A stretch of 64,000 nucleotides of DNA, taken from contig JAULAX010000007.1 in the NCBI GenBank assembly GCA_032654565.1, positions 1 to 64,000 on the forward strand, read 5' to 3'. Within the stretch, counting starts at the first letter, position 1, and each line of letters begins with the position of its first letter. This DNA comes from Anaeromyxobacteraceae bacterium (GTDB taxonomy: Bacteria; Myxococcota; Myxococcia; Myxococcales; Anaeromyxobacteraceae). The notes beneath the pieces are model-generated. The model worked only from the letters and a program-made list of their open reading frames with translations. It was not told where the DNA came from and searched no databases. Shown here in pieces: positions 28,731 through 38,106 of this stretch. The position numbers and the translations under genes were made by a program.

Positions 28731-29867
28731 CTACTTGTCGACCGGCCTGGGATCGAGCTCGGCGCCGGGCGCCTGCTCGTTGCGGACCACCACCGCGGCG
28801 CCGTTGCGCAGCTTGAAGGCGCCGCTGCTCACCACCGTCTCGCCGGCCTTGAGGCCGGAGACCACCGCCACCAGGTCGCCGCGCCGCTCACCGAGCCGGA
28901 CGAAGCGCTGCCTCGCCACCAGCCCCGGGGGCTTGCCGGCCTCGGCGGTCGGCTCCAGCACGAAGACCGAGTCGCCGTAGGGGGCGTAGATAGCCGCGGT
29001 GGCCGGCACCAGCAGCACCGCCTGGCGCGCCGCGGAGAGGACCTCGACGTTGGCGAACATCCCCGGCCGCAGCCGGCCGTCGGCGTTGGCGAAGGTGGCC
29101 CGCAGCCGCACGTTGCGGGTGGCCGGGTCGATCTCCGGGTTGATGGTGGTGAGCCGGCCCTCCCAGGTGGCGCCCGGCCAGGTGTCGGTCTGGAGCCGCA
29201 CCTGCTGCCCGACCTGCAGGCTGGAGAGGGCCTGCTGCGGCAGCCAGAAGTCGACGAAGGTGGGGTCGACCGACTGCAGCGACGCCACCGGGGTGCCCGG
29301 GGTCACCACCTGGCCGACCTCCACCTGGCGGATGGCGATGCGCCCGTCGAACGGGGCGCGCAGCGTCTTCTTGGCGATGGCCGCCTCCAGCCCCGCCACC
29401 GCGGCGGCGGCCTGGGCGCCGCGGGCCTCGGCGCCCTCGAGGTCGGCCTGCGAGTTGACGTCCGACTGGCGCAGGCTGCGCGACCGCTCCAGGGCGAGGC
29501 GGGCCAGCGTGGCGTCGGCCCGGGCGCCGGCCAGGGCCGCCTCCTCGGAGGTGGTGTCGAGCCGGACCAGGACCGCGCCCCGCTTCACCCACGCCCCGGA
29601 GTCGAAGGTGACCTCGCGCACCGTGCCGGGCAGCTCGGCCCCCAGGGTGACGCCGTGCACCGCCACCACGCTGCCGCTGGCCGGGTGCGAGGGCTGCCAC
29701 TCGGTGGCCTGGACCGGGGCCGAGGTGACCGACTCGGCCGGCGGCGTGAAGGCCTTGCCGCTCGCGATCATGGCGCCGATCTGGCCGGCCTTGACGCCCA
29801 CCAGGGCGCCCAGCACCACCACCAGCCCCGCCACCGCTCCCAGCCACTGCTTGGTCTTGGTCTTCAT
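28731..29867 (-). CDS. RND membrane fusion protein
   Basis: RAPFDG, IDPATR, LRPGMF, GERRGD. Confidence 0.93.
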   Translation of the reverse strand: MKTKTKQWLGAVAGLVVVLGALVGVKAGQIGAMIASGKAFTPPAESVTSAPVQATEWQPSHPASGSVVAVHGVTLGAELPGTVREVTFDSGAWVKRGAVLVRLDTTSEEAALAGARADATLARLALERSRSLRQSDVNSQADLEGAEARGAQAAAAVAGLEAAIAKKTLRAPFDGRIAIRQVEVGQVVTPGTPVASLQSVDPTFVDFWLPQQALSSLQVGQQVRLQTDTWPGATWEGRLTTINPEIDPATRNVRLRATFANADGRLRPGMFANVEVLSAARQAVLLVPATAAIYAPYGDSVFVLEPTAEAGKPPGLVARQRFVRLGERRGDLVAVVSGLKAGETVVSSGAFKLRNGAAVVVRNEQAPGAELDPRPVDK

Positions 29868-30102
29868 TCCAGGCCCTTGCGCACGGTCCGGCCGAACGTG
29901 GGCTGGACACCGGTGGGACGTTTAAGGGCCGAAGCCCCCGGCTTCAAGTCCAGGTGGTGGACGGGTGGGGCGGGTCGGCGGGGCGGGTCGCCCGAAGGCG
30001 GCAGCGGCCCGGGGGCGCCGGAGAGAGCTCGCTGACCGCCGCGGCCGCGGGGCGGTGCGCCGCCTGGCCGGGCCGGTCCCCGTTTCCGGGGGTGGCCTCG
30101 CC

Positions 30103-30111
30103 TGCTAGGCT
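30103..30111 (+). promoter_or_regulatory. extended -10 element of the tungsten operon
   Basis: TGcTAGGCT (TGnTAnnnT) in the divergent intergenic region. Confidence 0.4.
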
Positions 30112-30242
30112 CGGCGGTCATGAACCTGCGCCGACCTCCGGCCACACCCCTTCGAAGCTCCGCGCCCCGGGGCGACGACCATCGCCCGCGACGCCGGCCG
30201 GCGGCCCGCCGCGCCCGGTCGTCGCAGGCACCGAGGCGCTGA

Positions 30243-30941
30243 GTGGACCTCGTCGTCGACGGGCTGGGCCAGGCGCTCCGGCTCATCTCCTCCCTCGATC
30301 CGGAGGTGCTCGGCATCACCCTGCTCTCGCTGCAGGTGTCGCTGGCCTCCACCGCCGTCAGCGTCCTCCTCGGCGTCTCGGCCGGGACCTTCATCGCCCT
30401 GGCCCGCTTCCCCGGCCGGAAGCTGGTGGTGAGCCTGGTCAACACCGGCATGGGGCTGCCGCCGGTGGTGGCCGGCCTGGTGGTCACGCTCTTCCTCTGG
30501 CGCAGCGGGCCGCTCGGCGGGCTGGGGCTGCTCTACACGCCGGCCGCCATCGTCCTGGCGCAGGTGGTGATCGCCACCCCCATCGTCATGGGGATCAGCA
30601 TCAGCGCGGTGCAGGGGCTGCCGTCGGCGCTGCGGCTCCAGATCCTGGCGCTCGGCGCCACCCGGCCGCAGCTGGTCTGGCTGCTGATCCGCGAGGCGCG
30701 CCTGCCGCTGCTGGCCGCCGTCATGGCCGGCTTCGGCGGCGTCATCTCCGAGGTGGGCGCCTCGATCATGGTGGGCGGCAACATCCGCGGCTCCACCCGG
30801 GTGCTCACCACCGCCACGGTCATGGAGACGGGGCGCGGCAACTTCGACGTGGCCATCGCCCTCTCCGCCATCCTCCTGCTGGTGACGCTGGCGGTGAACT
30901 ACCTGCTCACCCTGGTGCAGCAGCGGGAGCGGCCCCGGTGA
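30243..30941 (+). CDS. tupB: tungstate ABC transporter permease (TupB-like)
   Basis: NTGMGLPPVVAGL, RSGPLG.LGLLYT, AGFGGVISEVGA..MVGGNI..TRVLTT. Confidence 0.88.
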   Translation: MDLVVDGLGQALRLISSLDPEVLGITLLSLQVSLASTAVSVLLGVSAGTFIALARFPGRKLVVSLVNTGMGLPPVVAGLVVTLFLWRSGPLGGLGLLYTPAAIVLAQVVIATPIVMGISISAVQGLPSALRLQILALGATRPQLVWLLIREARLPLLAAVMAGFGGVISEVGASIMVGGNIRGSTRVLTTATVMETGRGNFDVAIALSAILLLVTLAVNYLLTLVQQRERPR

Positions 30942-32032
30942 CGGCGGCGGCCCTCCTCGAAGCCCGCGACCTCCGGGTGGAGCGTGGCGGGGTGGCGGTG
31001 CTCGACGTCCCGACCTTCCGGCTCGAGGAGGGGGAGTTCGTCTCGCTGATCGGCCCCAACGGCTGCGGGAAGTCGACGCTGCTGCTCTCCCTGATGTGCC
31101 TGCTCCCCCGGGCCGCCGGCCAGGTGCTCTGGCGGGGCGTCGAGGTCTCGACCGGCCGCGACGCCGTCGGGCTGCGCCGCCGCATGGCCATGGTCCTGCA
31201 GGAGCCGCTGCTCTTCCAGGCCACGGTCTACGACAACGTCGCCGCCGGGCTGCGCCTCCGTGGGATGCCCCGGGGCGAGGAGCGCCGCCGGGTGATGACC
31301 TGGCTGGAGCGCTTCGGCCTCACCGCCCTGGAGGGGCGCTCGGCGCGCCACCTCTCGGTCGGCGAGTCGCGCCGGGTCAGCATCGCCCGGGCCCTGGCGG
31401 TGGAGCCGGAGGTGGTCTTCCTCGACGAGCCCTTCGCCAACCTCGACCCGCCGACCCGGCAGGGCATCACCGACGACCTGGAGCGGACCCTCCGCGAGGC
31501 CCGGGTGGCGGCCGTGCTGGTGACCCACGACCAGGCCGAGGCGCTCCGGCTCTCGGAGCGGATCGTGGTGATGCAGCGGGGCGCCATCGTCCAGTCGGGC
31601 GCGCCCGCCGTGGTCATGAACGAGCCGGTCAACGAGTTCGTGGCCAGCTGCATGGGGATGGAGACCATCGTCGAGGGGGTGGTGACCCGCTGCGTCGACG
31701 GCGAGGTGGTGATGGCGGTGGGCGGGCGGGAGCTCTCCTCCATCGGGGCCGGCGCCCCGGGCGACCACGTCTACTGCTGCATCCGGCCCGAGCACGTCAC
31801 CATCGAGCTGGTCAGCCCGGCCGGGAGCAGCAGCGCCCGCAACGTCTTCCCGGCCCGCATCACCGGCGTCGCCTCGGCGGGTCCCTACCTCAAGGTGAAG
31901 CTCGACTGCGGCTTCCCGCTGGTGGCCACGGTGACCGCCGAGTCGCTGGCGACGCTGGGGCTGAGCCGGGGCAAGGAGGTGTTCGCCTCCTTCAAGGCCA
32001 CCGCGGTCCACGTCATCCGGCGGGCCTGCTAG
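30938..32032 (+). CDS. tungstate/molybdate ABC ATPase with TOBE domain (TupC-like)
   Basis: GPNGCGKS, LSVGE signature, DEPFANLD; C-terminal SSARN...FKATAVH TOBE motifs. Confidence 0.88.
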   Translation: MTAAALLEARDLRVERGGVAVLDVPTFRLEEGEFVSLIGPNGCGKSTLLLSLMCLLPRAAGQVLWRGVEVSTGRDAVGLRRRMAMVLQEPLLFQATVYDNVAAGLRLRGMPRGEERRRVMTWLERFGLTALEGRSARHLSVGESRRVSIARALAVEPEVVFLDEPFANLDPPTRQGITDDLERTLREARVAAVLVTHDQAEALRLSERIVVMQRGAIVQSGAPAVVMNEPVNEFVASCMGMETIVEGVVTRCVDGEVVMAVGGRELSSIGAGAPGDHVYCCIRPEHVTIELVSPAGSSSARNVFPARITGVASAGPYLKVKLDCGFPLVATVTAESLATLGLSRGKEVFASFKATAVHVIRRAC

Positions 32033-32043
32033 AGTTCCGCGCC

Positions 32044-33255
32044 ATGCCCAGCTACCACGAGGCGCGCCGCATCATCCTCGAGCAGGTCGCGGTCCTGCCG
32101 GCCGAGGAGACGCCGCTGCTCGGCGCGGTGGGCCTGGTGCTGGCCGCCGACGTGACCATGCCCTGGGACCTGCCGGGCTGGGACAACTCGGCCATGGACG
32201 GCTTCGCGGTCCGCTCCGCCGACTGCACCGGGCCGGCCCGGCTGCGGGTGACCGGCTACATCCCCGCCGGCGGCCTGCCGGCCGGGGCGGTCGGGGCCGG
32301 CGAGGCGGTCCGCATCATGACCGGGGCCCCGGTGCCGCCCGGCGCCGACGCCATCGCCCCGGTGGAGGACGTCGAGGAGGCCGGCGACAGCATCCAGCTG
32401 CGGGCCGCGGTCCGGCCCGGCGCCCACGTCCGCCGCCGCGGCGAGGACCTGCGCGCCGGCGAGGTGGCGCTCCCCGCAGGCACCGTGGTCGGGCCGGGTG
32501 AGGTGAGCGTGATGGCCTCGGCGGGCCGGCTCTCGGTGCCGGTGATCCGCCGGGCGCGCGTCGCCATCCTCTCCACCGGCGACGAGCTGGTCGAGCCCGG
32601 CCAACCGGTCGGCCCGGGCCAGGTCTGCGACAGCAACGGGGTGGCCCTGGCCGCGGCGGTGCTGCTGGCCGGCGGCCTGCCCATCCCGCTCGGCATCGCC
32701 CGAGACGACCGTCCGGCGCTGCGGGCGCTGCTGGCGCGCGGGCTCGAGGCCGACGCCCTGGTCACCTCGGCCGGCGTCTCCGCCGGGGACCGGGACCTGG
32801 TGAAGGAGGTCCTCGACGAGCTGCAGGTGCGCCAGCTCTTCTGGAAGGTGGACATCAAGCCCGGCCGCCCCACCGCCTTCGGCGTGCGCGGCCGGACCCC
32901 GGTCTTCTCCCTGCCCGGCAACCCGGTCTCCTCCCTCCTCACCTTCGAGCAGTTCGTCCGCCCGGCGCTGCTGCGCATGATGGGCCACCGCCAGGTGTAC
33001 CGGCCGCTGCAGCCGGCCCTGCTGCAGGAGCCGCTGGGCAAGGCGCCGGGGCGGGTCAACTTCGTGCGGGTGCGCCTCTCGCGCCGGGCCGACGGCGCGC
33101 TGCTGGCCACCACCGCCGGCAACCAGGAGACCGGCATCCTCAAGACGCTGCTCCGCGCCGATGGCCTGGCCATCGTCCCGGCCGAGCAGGGGAGGCTGGA
33201 GGCCGGGCAGGTGGTGATGGTCCAGCTGCTCCGCTCCGACCTCCAGGAGCCCTGA
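32044..33255 (+). CDS. moeA: molybdopterin metal insertase MoeA
   Basis: DNSAMDGFAV, RIMTGAP, STGDEL, SAGVSAGDRD, KPGRP, LPGNPVS. Confidence 0.95.
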   Translation: MPSYHEARRIILEQVAVLPAEETPLLGAVGLVLAADVTMPWDLPGWDNSAMDGFAVRSADCTGPARLRVTGYIPAGGLPAGAVGAGEAVRIMTGAPVPPGADAIAPVEDVEEAGDSIQLRAAVRPGAHVRRRGEDLRAGEVALPAGTVVGPGEVSVMASAGRLSVPVIRRARVAILSTGDELVEPGQPVGPGQVCDSNGVALAAAVLLAGGLPIPLGIARDDRPALRALLARGLEADALVTSAGVSAGDRDLVKEVLDELQVRQLFWKVDIKPGRPTAFGVRGRTPVFSLPGNPVSSLLTFEQFVRPALLRMMGHRQVYRPLQPALLQEPLGKAPGRVNFVRVRLSRRADGALLATTAGNQETGILKTLLRADGLAIVPAEQGRLEAGQVVMVQLLRSDLQEP

Positions 33256-33256
33256 G

Positions 33257-33652
33257 GTGGGCGAGGGCCAGGCCAGGGCCACGCTGGGGCCCGCGCGCGC
33301 CGTCGGGATCACGCTGCGCACCGCCCACCTGCTGGCGATGGCGGCGCTGGCGGGTGGCGCCTGGGCCGGGGTCCCGGCCGGCCAGCTCGGCGGCGCGGCG
33401 CTGGCCACCGCCTTGACCGGCCTGGCGCTGCTGGCCAGCGAGGCCAGCCACAGCCGCCACTGGGCCTACCAGGTGCGCGGGCTGCTGGTGCTCGCCCACA
33501 CCGTCGCCTTCGGCCTGGCGGCCGTCCTCGGCCTGGCCTCCGCCTGGGGGCCGGCCGCGCTCACCGGCGCCCTGGTGATCGGGGCGGTGGGCAGCCACCT
33601 CCCCAAGGGGCTGCGGGCCTGGTCGCTGCGCCACCGGGCCGTGGTCGACTGA
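33257..33652 (+). CDS. small multi-TM hypothetical protein
   Basis: About four hydrophobic helices with several His; directly follows moeA. Confidence 0.6.
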   Translation: MGEGQARATLGPARAVGITLRTAHLLAMAALAGGAWAGVPAGQLGGAALATALTGLALLASEASHSRHWAYQVRGLLVLAHTVAFGLAAVLGLASAWGPAALTGALVIGAVGSHLPKGLRAWSLRHRAVVD

Positions 33653-33754
33653 CGGCGCGGCCCCTCGCCGGGCGAGGCCGGGGCCCCGCCCCCGAGCCTT
33701 CAGGCCGGGGGGCTTTTGGGATACGCTTTCGCCTCGGAAAGAGGGAGAGACCAC

Positions 33755-35647
33755 ATGGCTCGCAGCCTCAGCGGAAAGATCCTCCACGTCGACCTGACCC
33801 GCGGCGCGCTCACCACCGAGCAGCCCCCGGAGGCGTTCTACCGGACCTACGGCGGGGGCAGCGCCATGGGGCTCTACTACCTGCTCCGCGATCTCCCCGC
33901 CAAGACCGACCCGCTCGGCCCGCAGAACATCCTCACCTTCTTCACCGGCCCCATCACCGGCCTGCCGGTCTCCGGGCAGTCGCGCATCTGCGTCAACGCC
34001 CTCTCGCCGCTGAGCGGCGGGATCGCCGACAGCCAGGCGGGCGGCTTCGCCCCGGCGGCCCTCAAGTTCGCCGGGTTCGACGGCATCGTGGTGAAGGGCG
34101 CGGCGGCGAAGCCGGTCTACCTGCTGATCACCGAGGGCAAGGCCGAGCTCCACGACGCCGCCGGGCTGTGGGGCAAGGACACCGCCGAGGTGGACCGGCT
34201 GCTGGAGGAGAAGCACGGCAAGGTGGAGGTCATGCAGGTCGGCCAGGCCGGCGAGAAGCAGGTCCGGCTCGCCGCCATCATGAACATGCACAACCGCGCC
34301 AACGGCCGCACCGGGGTGGGGGCGGTGATGGGCTCGAAGCGGCTCAAGGCCATCGTGGTGCAGGGCAAGCTCCGGGTGCAGGCCGCCGAGCCCAGGGCGC
34401 TGGCCCGCCAGAACAAGGAGGGGACCGCCAACGTCGAGGCCATCCCCGACATGAAGGGGCTGGCGCTCAACGGCACCGCCGACGTGGTCCCGTTCCAGCA
34501 CTCCATCGGCTCGCTCCCCTCCTTCAACTACAACGAGGGGACCTTCGAGAAGTACATGGACATCAGCGGCGAGCGGATGCGCGAGACCATCCTGAAGGAG
34601 CGCGACACCTGCTACGCCTGCACGGTGCGCTGCAAGCGGGTGGTGGAGACCGAGGCGCAGGGCCACAAGGTCGACCCCACCTACGGCGGGCCCGAGTACG
34701 AGACCCTGGCCACCTTCGGCAGCTACTGCGGCATCGCCGACCTCGGCGCCATCGCCCTGGCCAGCCAGCTCTGCAACCTCTACGGCCTCGACACCATCGG
34801 CACCGGCGCCACCATCTCCTTCGCCATGGAGTGCTTCGAGAAGGGGCTGATCACCGCGGCCGACACCGGCGGGCTGGAGCTGAAGTTCGGCAACGCCGAG
34901 GCCATGGTCGAGATGGTGCGCCAGATCGGCGAGCGGCGCGGCTTCGGCGACGTCCTGGCGGAGGGCTCGGCCCGCGCCGCCGCGAAGATCGGCCGGGGCG
35001 CCGACGAGTGCCTGGTCACCTGCAAGGGGACCGAGGCGCCGGCCCACATGCCGCAGGCCAAGAAGTCGCTGGGGCTGATCTACGCGGTCAACGCCTTCGG
35101 CGCCGACCACCAGTCCTCCGAGCACGACCCGCTCTACGAGGACGGGGTGGGCGAGTTCTACCTGAAGCGGCTGGCGGCCCTCGGCCTGACCACCCCCCAG
35201 CCGCCCGGCAGCATGACCGACGAGAAGGTGCGCTACGCCTGGCGGACCCAGTGCTTCTACTCGGCCATGGACACCTACAGCCTCTGCCAGTTCGTCTTCG
35301 GGCCGAGCTGGGAGCTCTACGGCCCGGTCGAGACCGCCGAGATCCTCGCCGCCGGCACCGGCTGGGACGTGACCGTGGAGGAGATCCTCAAGGTGGGCGA
35401 GCGCCGCCTGGCCATGATGCGGGCCTTCAACGCCCGCCAGGGCTTCACCCGCAAGGACGACACCCTGCCGAAGAAGTTCTTCAAGCCGCTGCAGGGGGTG
35501 GGCCCCACCGCGGGCGTGGCCTGGAAGGAGTCGGACCTGGAGCAGGTGAAGGACGTCTACTACCGGCTGGCCGGCTGGGACGTGGCCACCGGCAACCCCA
35601 CGCCCGCCAGGCTGGAGGAGCTGGAGCTGGGCTGGCTCAACCGGTAG
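33755..35647 (+). CDS. tungsten aldehyde:ferredoxin oxidoreductase (AOR/WOR family), copy 1
   Basis: SPLSGG..SQAGG, GRTGVGAVMGSKRLKAI, CYACTVRC, PEYET, GLDTI, fourth Cys in SLCQF. Confidence 0.93.
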   Translation: MARSLSGKILHVDLTRGALTTEQPPEAFYRTYGGGSAMGLYYLLRDLPAKTDPLGPQNILTFFTGPITGLPVSGQSRICVNALSPLSGGIADSQAGGFAPAALKFAGFDGIVVKGAAAKPVYLLITEGKAELHDAAGLWGKDTAEVDRLLEEKHGKVEVMQVGQAGEKQVRLAAIMNMHNRANGRTGVGAVMGSKRLKAIVVQGKLRVQAAEPRALARQNKEGTANVEAIPDMKGLALNGTADVVPFQHSIGSLPSFNYNEGTFEKYMDISGERMRETILKERDTCYACTVRCKRVVETEAQGHKVDPTYGGPEYETLATFGSYCGIADLGAIALASQLCNLYGLDTIGTGATISFAMECFEKGLITAADTGGLELKFGNAEAMVEMVRQIGERRGFGDVLAEGSARAAAKIGRGADECLVTCKGTEAPAHMPQAKKSLGLIYAVNAFGADHQSSEHDPLYEDGVGEFYLKRLAALGLTTPQPPGSMTDEKVRYAWRTQCFYSAMDTYSLCQFVFGPSWELYGPVETAEILAAGTGWDVTVEEILKVGERRLAMMRAFNARQGFTRKDDTLPKKFFKPLQGVGPTAGVAWKESDLEQVKDVYYRLAGWDVATGNPTPARLEELELGWLNR

Positions 35648-35692
35648 CGTCGCACCGGCTCGCTGGCACCGCGGGGTGGGCGGAGGAGCAGC

Positions 35693-35926
35693 ATGAAGGT
35701 GTCCGTCGTCCTGCACTCGTACCTGCGCGAGCTGCTGCCGCCCGAGGCCCGGGGGACGGCGGTGCTCGAGCTGCCCGACGGGGCCAGGGTCGAGGACGTG
35801 GTGGCCAGGCTGCACCTGCCCGGCCACGTCATCTTCGCGCTCAACGAGCGGCTGGAGCGGGACCGGTCGCTCCCGCTCAAGGACGGCGACGCGCTGCGGT
35901 TCCTCCGGGCCGGGGCCGGCGGGTAG
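35693..35926 (+). CDS. MoaD/ThiS sulfur carrier 1
   Basis: 77 aa, LKDGD, C-terminal AGG. Confidence 0.88.
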   Translation: MKVSVVLHSYLRELLPPEARGTAVLELPDGARVEDVVARLHLPGHVIFALNERLERDRSLPLKDGDALRFLRAGAGG

Positions 35927-35962
35927 GGCCGGCCGGAGGGCGGCGGCCGAGGGGGCGGGAAC

Positions 35963-36187
35963 GTGAGGATCAAGGTACGCTTGCACGGGGTCTTCCGGAT
36001 CGACCGCTTCAAGGAGGAGGTCCGCGACTACCCCGCCGGGACCACGGCCCGGGCGGTGGTGGAGCAGCTCCAGATCCCCACCCGGCTGGTCGGGACCGTC
36101 TTGATCGGGGGCGTGCATGCCGGCATCGAGGACCACCTGAAGGACGACGACGTCCTCTCCATCCTCCCCATCCTGGGCGGAGGATGA
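35963..36187 (+). CDS. MoaD/ThiS sulfur carrier 2
   Basis: 74 aa, LKDDD..ILPILGGG. Confidence 0.88.
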   Translation: MRIKVRLHGVFRIDRFKEEVRDYPAGTTARAVVEQLQIPTRLVGTVLIGGVHAGIEDHLKDDDVLSILPILGGG

Positions 36188-36250
36188 CGGCCGCGGCCGC
36201 CCACCCCTGACCTCCCGGCGATCCATCCCCCGCCACCACCCGAGCGCCCC

Positions 36251-38101
36251 ATGAGATCCCTCACCACCCACCCCGCCGCCGAGCCCGCCGCCGTGCTCTA
36301 CCGGCGCTGCACCGTCGACCTGCGCAGCGGCGCCATGAAGCACGAGGAGGTCCCCTGCCGGAACCTGGAGGACGTGCTGGGGGGCTTCGGCCGCTCCTTC
36401 CAGCTGCTCGCCGAGCGCAAGGTCACGGAGGCCTACAGCGACGCCAACCCGCTCATCGTCAACACCGGCCTGCTCACCGGCACCAACGCCATGACCGGGC
36501 TGCGCACCTACTTCTCCGGCTACAGCCCGCTCAAGGGGTCGAAGCGGGGGCTGCCGGCGGCCATCTGGTCGGCGGGGAGCGGGAACTTCGGGGCCAAGTT
36601 CAAGTGGACCGGGCTCGACGAGCTGATCTTCGAGGGGCGCTCCGCCACGCCGGTCTACGCCCTGATCCGCGAGGAGGCCGGCACCCCGGTGGTGGAGCTG
36701 AGGCCGGCCGGCCACCTGCTCGGGCTGACCACCCACGACAAGATCATGGCCCTGCGCCAGGACCACGACGGCGCCCACTTCGCCGCCATCGGCCAGGCCG
36801 GGGAGCACTGGGAGACCAACTACATGGGGGCGGTGGCGCTCTCCACCGACAACCAGCTCCGCTCCGGCCACGACAAGTGCCGCTTCGCCGGCCGCGGCGG
36901 CATGGGCAGCCTGATGGGCTACAAGAACCTCATCGCCCTGGTGGCCCAGGTCGGCGACAAGCTCAAGCCGGTCTCCGAGGCGGTCAAGAAGGTGAACATC
37001 AACGTCATCAAGGGCGGCGGCTCGGCGCGCCTGCAGCCCATCAAGCGCGGCGGCGGCGGCGGGACCTGGGCCAACTACGACGTGCTGCAGGCCTTCCACG
37101 CCGTGCCCGTCAACAACTTCCGCCCCCAGGGGGACGACTCGCCGGAGCTGCTCTTCCGGGAGAACGTCGAGAAGGCCTACGACATCAAGTCGGAGGCCTG
37201 CTACCGCTGCGGCATCACCTGCCACAACAACGTCCACGAGAAGAAGGCCGACGGCGGCCGCGGCGAGTTCCTCGCCAAGTTCGACTACGAGCCGCTCAAC
37301 CTGCTCGGCACCAACCTCGGCGTCCACGACCCCGGCCAGGCCGCCCAGCTCATCAAGCTCTCCGACAACCTGGGGATGGACTCGATCACCCTGGGGGTGA
37401 CCGTCTCCTACGTCCTCTCCTGGAACCAGCGCCACCCGGAGAGGCCCATCCTCAACGGCGCCACCTTCGGCGACTTCGCGAAGATCAAGGAGCTGGTGGT
37501 GGGGGCGGGCGAGGGGCGGGTGCCGGAGGTGGGGCGGGGATCGATGCGGCTCTCGCAGGCCACCGGCGAGACCTCCTACGCCTACCACGTCAAGGGGCTG
37601 GAGCTCCCCGCCTACCAGCCCGAGACCAACCCCGGCTACGCCTGGGCCATCGCCGGCGGCCACATGTCGATGGCCACCTACGGCCTGCTGACCCGGGAGG
37701 GGAAGTCCGACCTCGAGTCCTGGGTCACCGGCATCACCCAGACCAAGCTCAACATCGTCGGCTTCGACATGATCGGGCTCTGCAAGTTCTTCGACATCGG
37801 CAAGGGGATCGGCACGCAGATGGTGGTCGACTGCCTGCAGAGCGAGTGCGGCCTGACCGTCACCACCGACGAGATCGCCGGCGCCGTGCGGCGGGCCTTC
37901 CTGCGCGGCCTGGCCCTGGAGCTGCGCCAGGGGTACACCAAGGCCGAGTTCACGCTCCCCGCCGAGGTGTTCGAGAAGCCGAACGCCCAGATCAAGCTCC
38001 CGCCGGTGGTGGCCTCCCCGGAGTTCTTCGCCGAGCTCTCGAAGCGGGTCTGGGCGGTCTTCGAGCCGGAGCTGGACGGGCTGCTCCCGAGGCTGGAGTA
38101 G
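36251..38101 (+). CDS. divergent AOR/WOR-family tungstoenzyme, copy 2
   Basis: AAIGQAGE, FAGRGGMGSLMGYKNL, CYRCGITC, FDYEP, GMDSI, VKGLELPAY, GLCKF. Confidence 0.88.
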   Translation: MRSLTTHPAAEPAAVLYRRCTVDLRSGAMKHEEVPCRNLEDVLGGFGRSFQLLAERKVTEAYSDANPLIVNTGLLTGTNAMTGLRTYFSGYSPLKGSKRGLPAAIWSAGSGNFGAKFKWTGLDELIFEGRSATPVYALIREEAGTPVVELRPAGHLLGLTTHDKIMALRQDHDGAHFAAIGQAGEHWETNYMGAVALSTDNQLRSGHDKCRFAGRGGMGSLMGYKNLIALVAQVGDKLKPVSEAVKKVNINVIKGGGSARLQPIKRGGGGGTWANYDVLQAFHAVPVNNFRPQGDDSPELLFRENVEKAYDIKSEACYRCGITCHNNVHEKKADGGRGEFLAKFDYEPLNLLGTNLGVHDPGQAAQLIKLSDNLGMDSITLGVTVSYVLSWNQRHPERPILNGATFGDFAKIKELVVGAGEGRVPEVGRGSMRLSQATGETSYAYHVKGLELPAYQPETNPGYAWAIAGGHMSMATYGLLTREGKSDLESWVTGITQTKLNIVGFDMIGLCKFFDIGKGIGTQMVVDCLQSECGLTVTTDEIAGAVRRAFLRGLALELRQGYTKAEFTLPAEVFEKPNAQIKLPPVVASPEFFAELSKRVWAVFEPELDGLLPRLE

Positions 38102-38106
38102 CTCGC

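Noticed and set aside
25608..29867. RND pump lacking an outer-membrane factor as an anomaly
   Set aside because: Two-gene RND operons that borrow a TolC-like channel are common, and the proton-relay residues are intact.
25662..30035. Very long antisense or alternate-frame ORFs (1457 aa here; also 33140-37663, 47548-51273, 59049-62225)
   Set aside because: Shadow ORFs of real genes, caused by stop-codon scarcity at high GC; no recognisable motifs.
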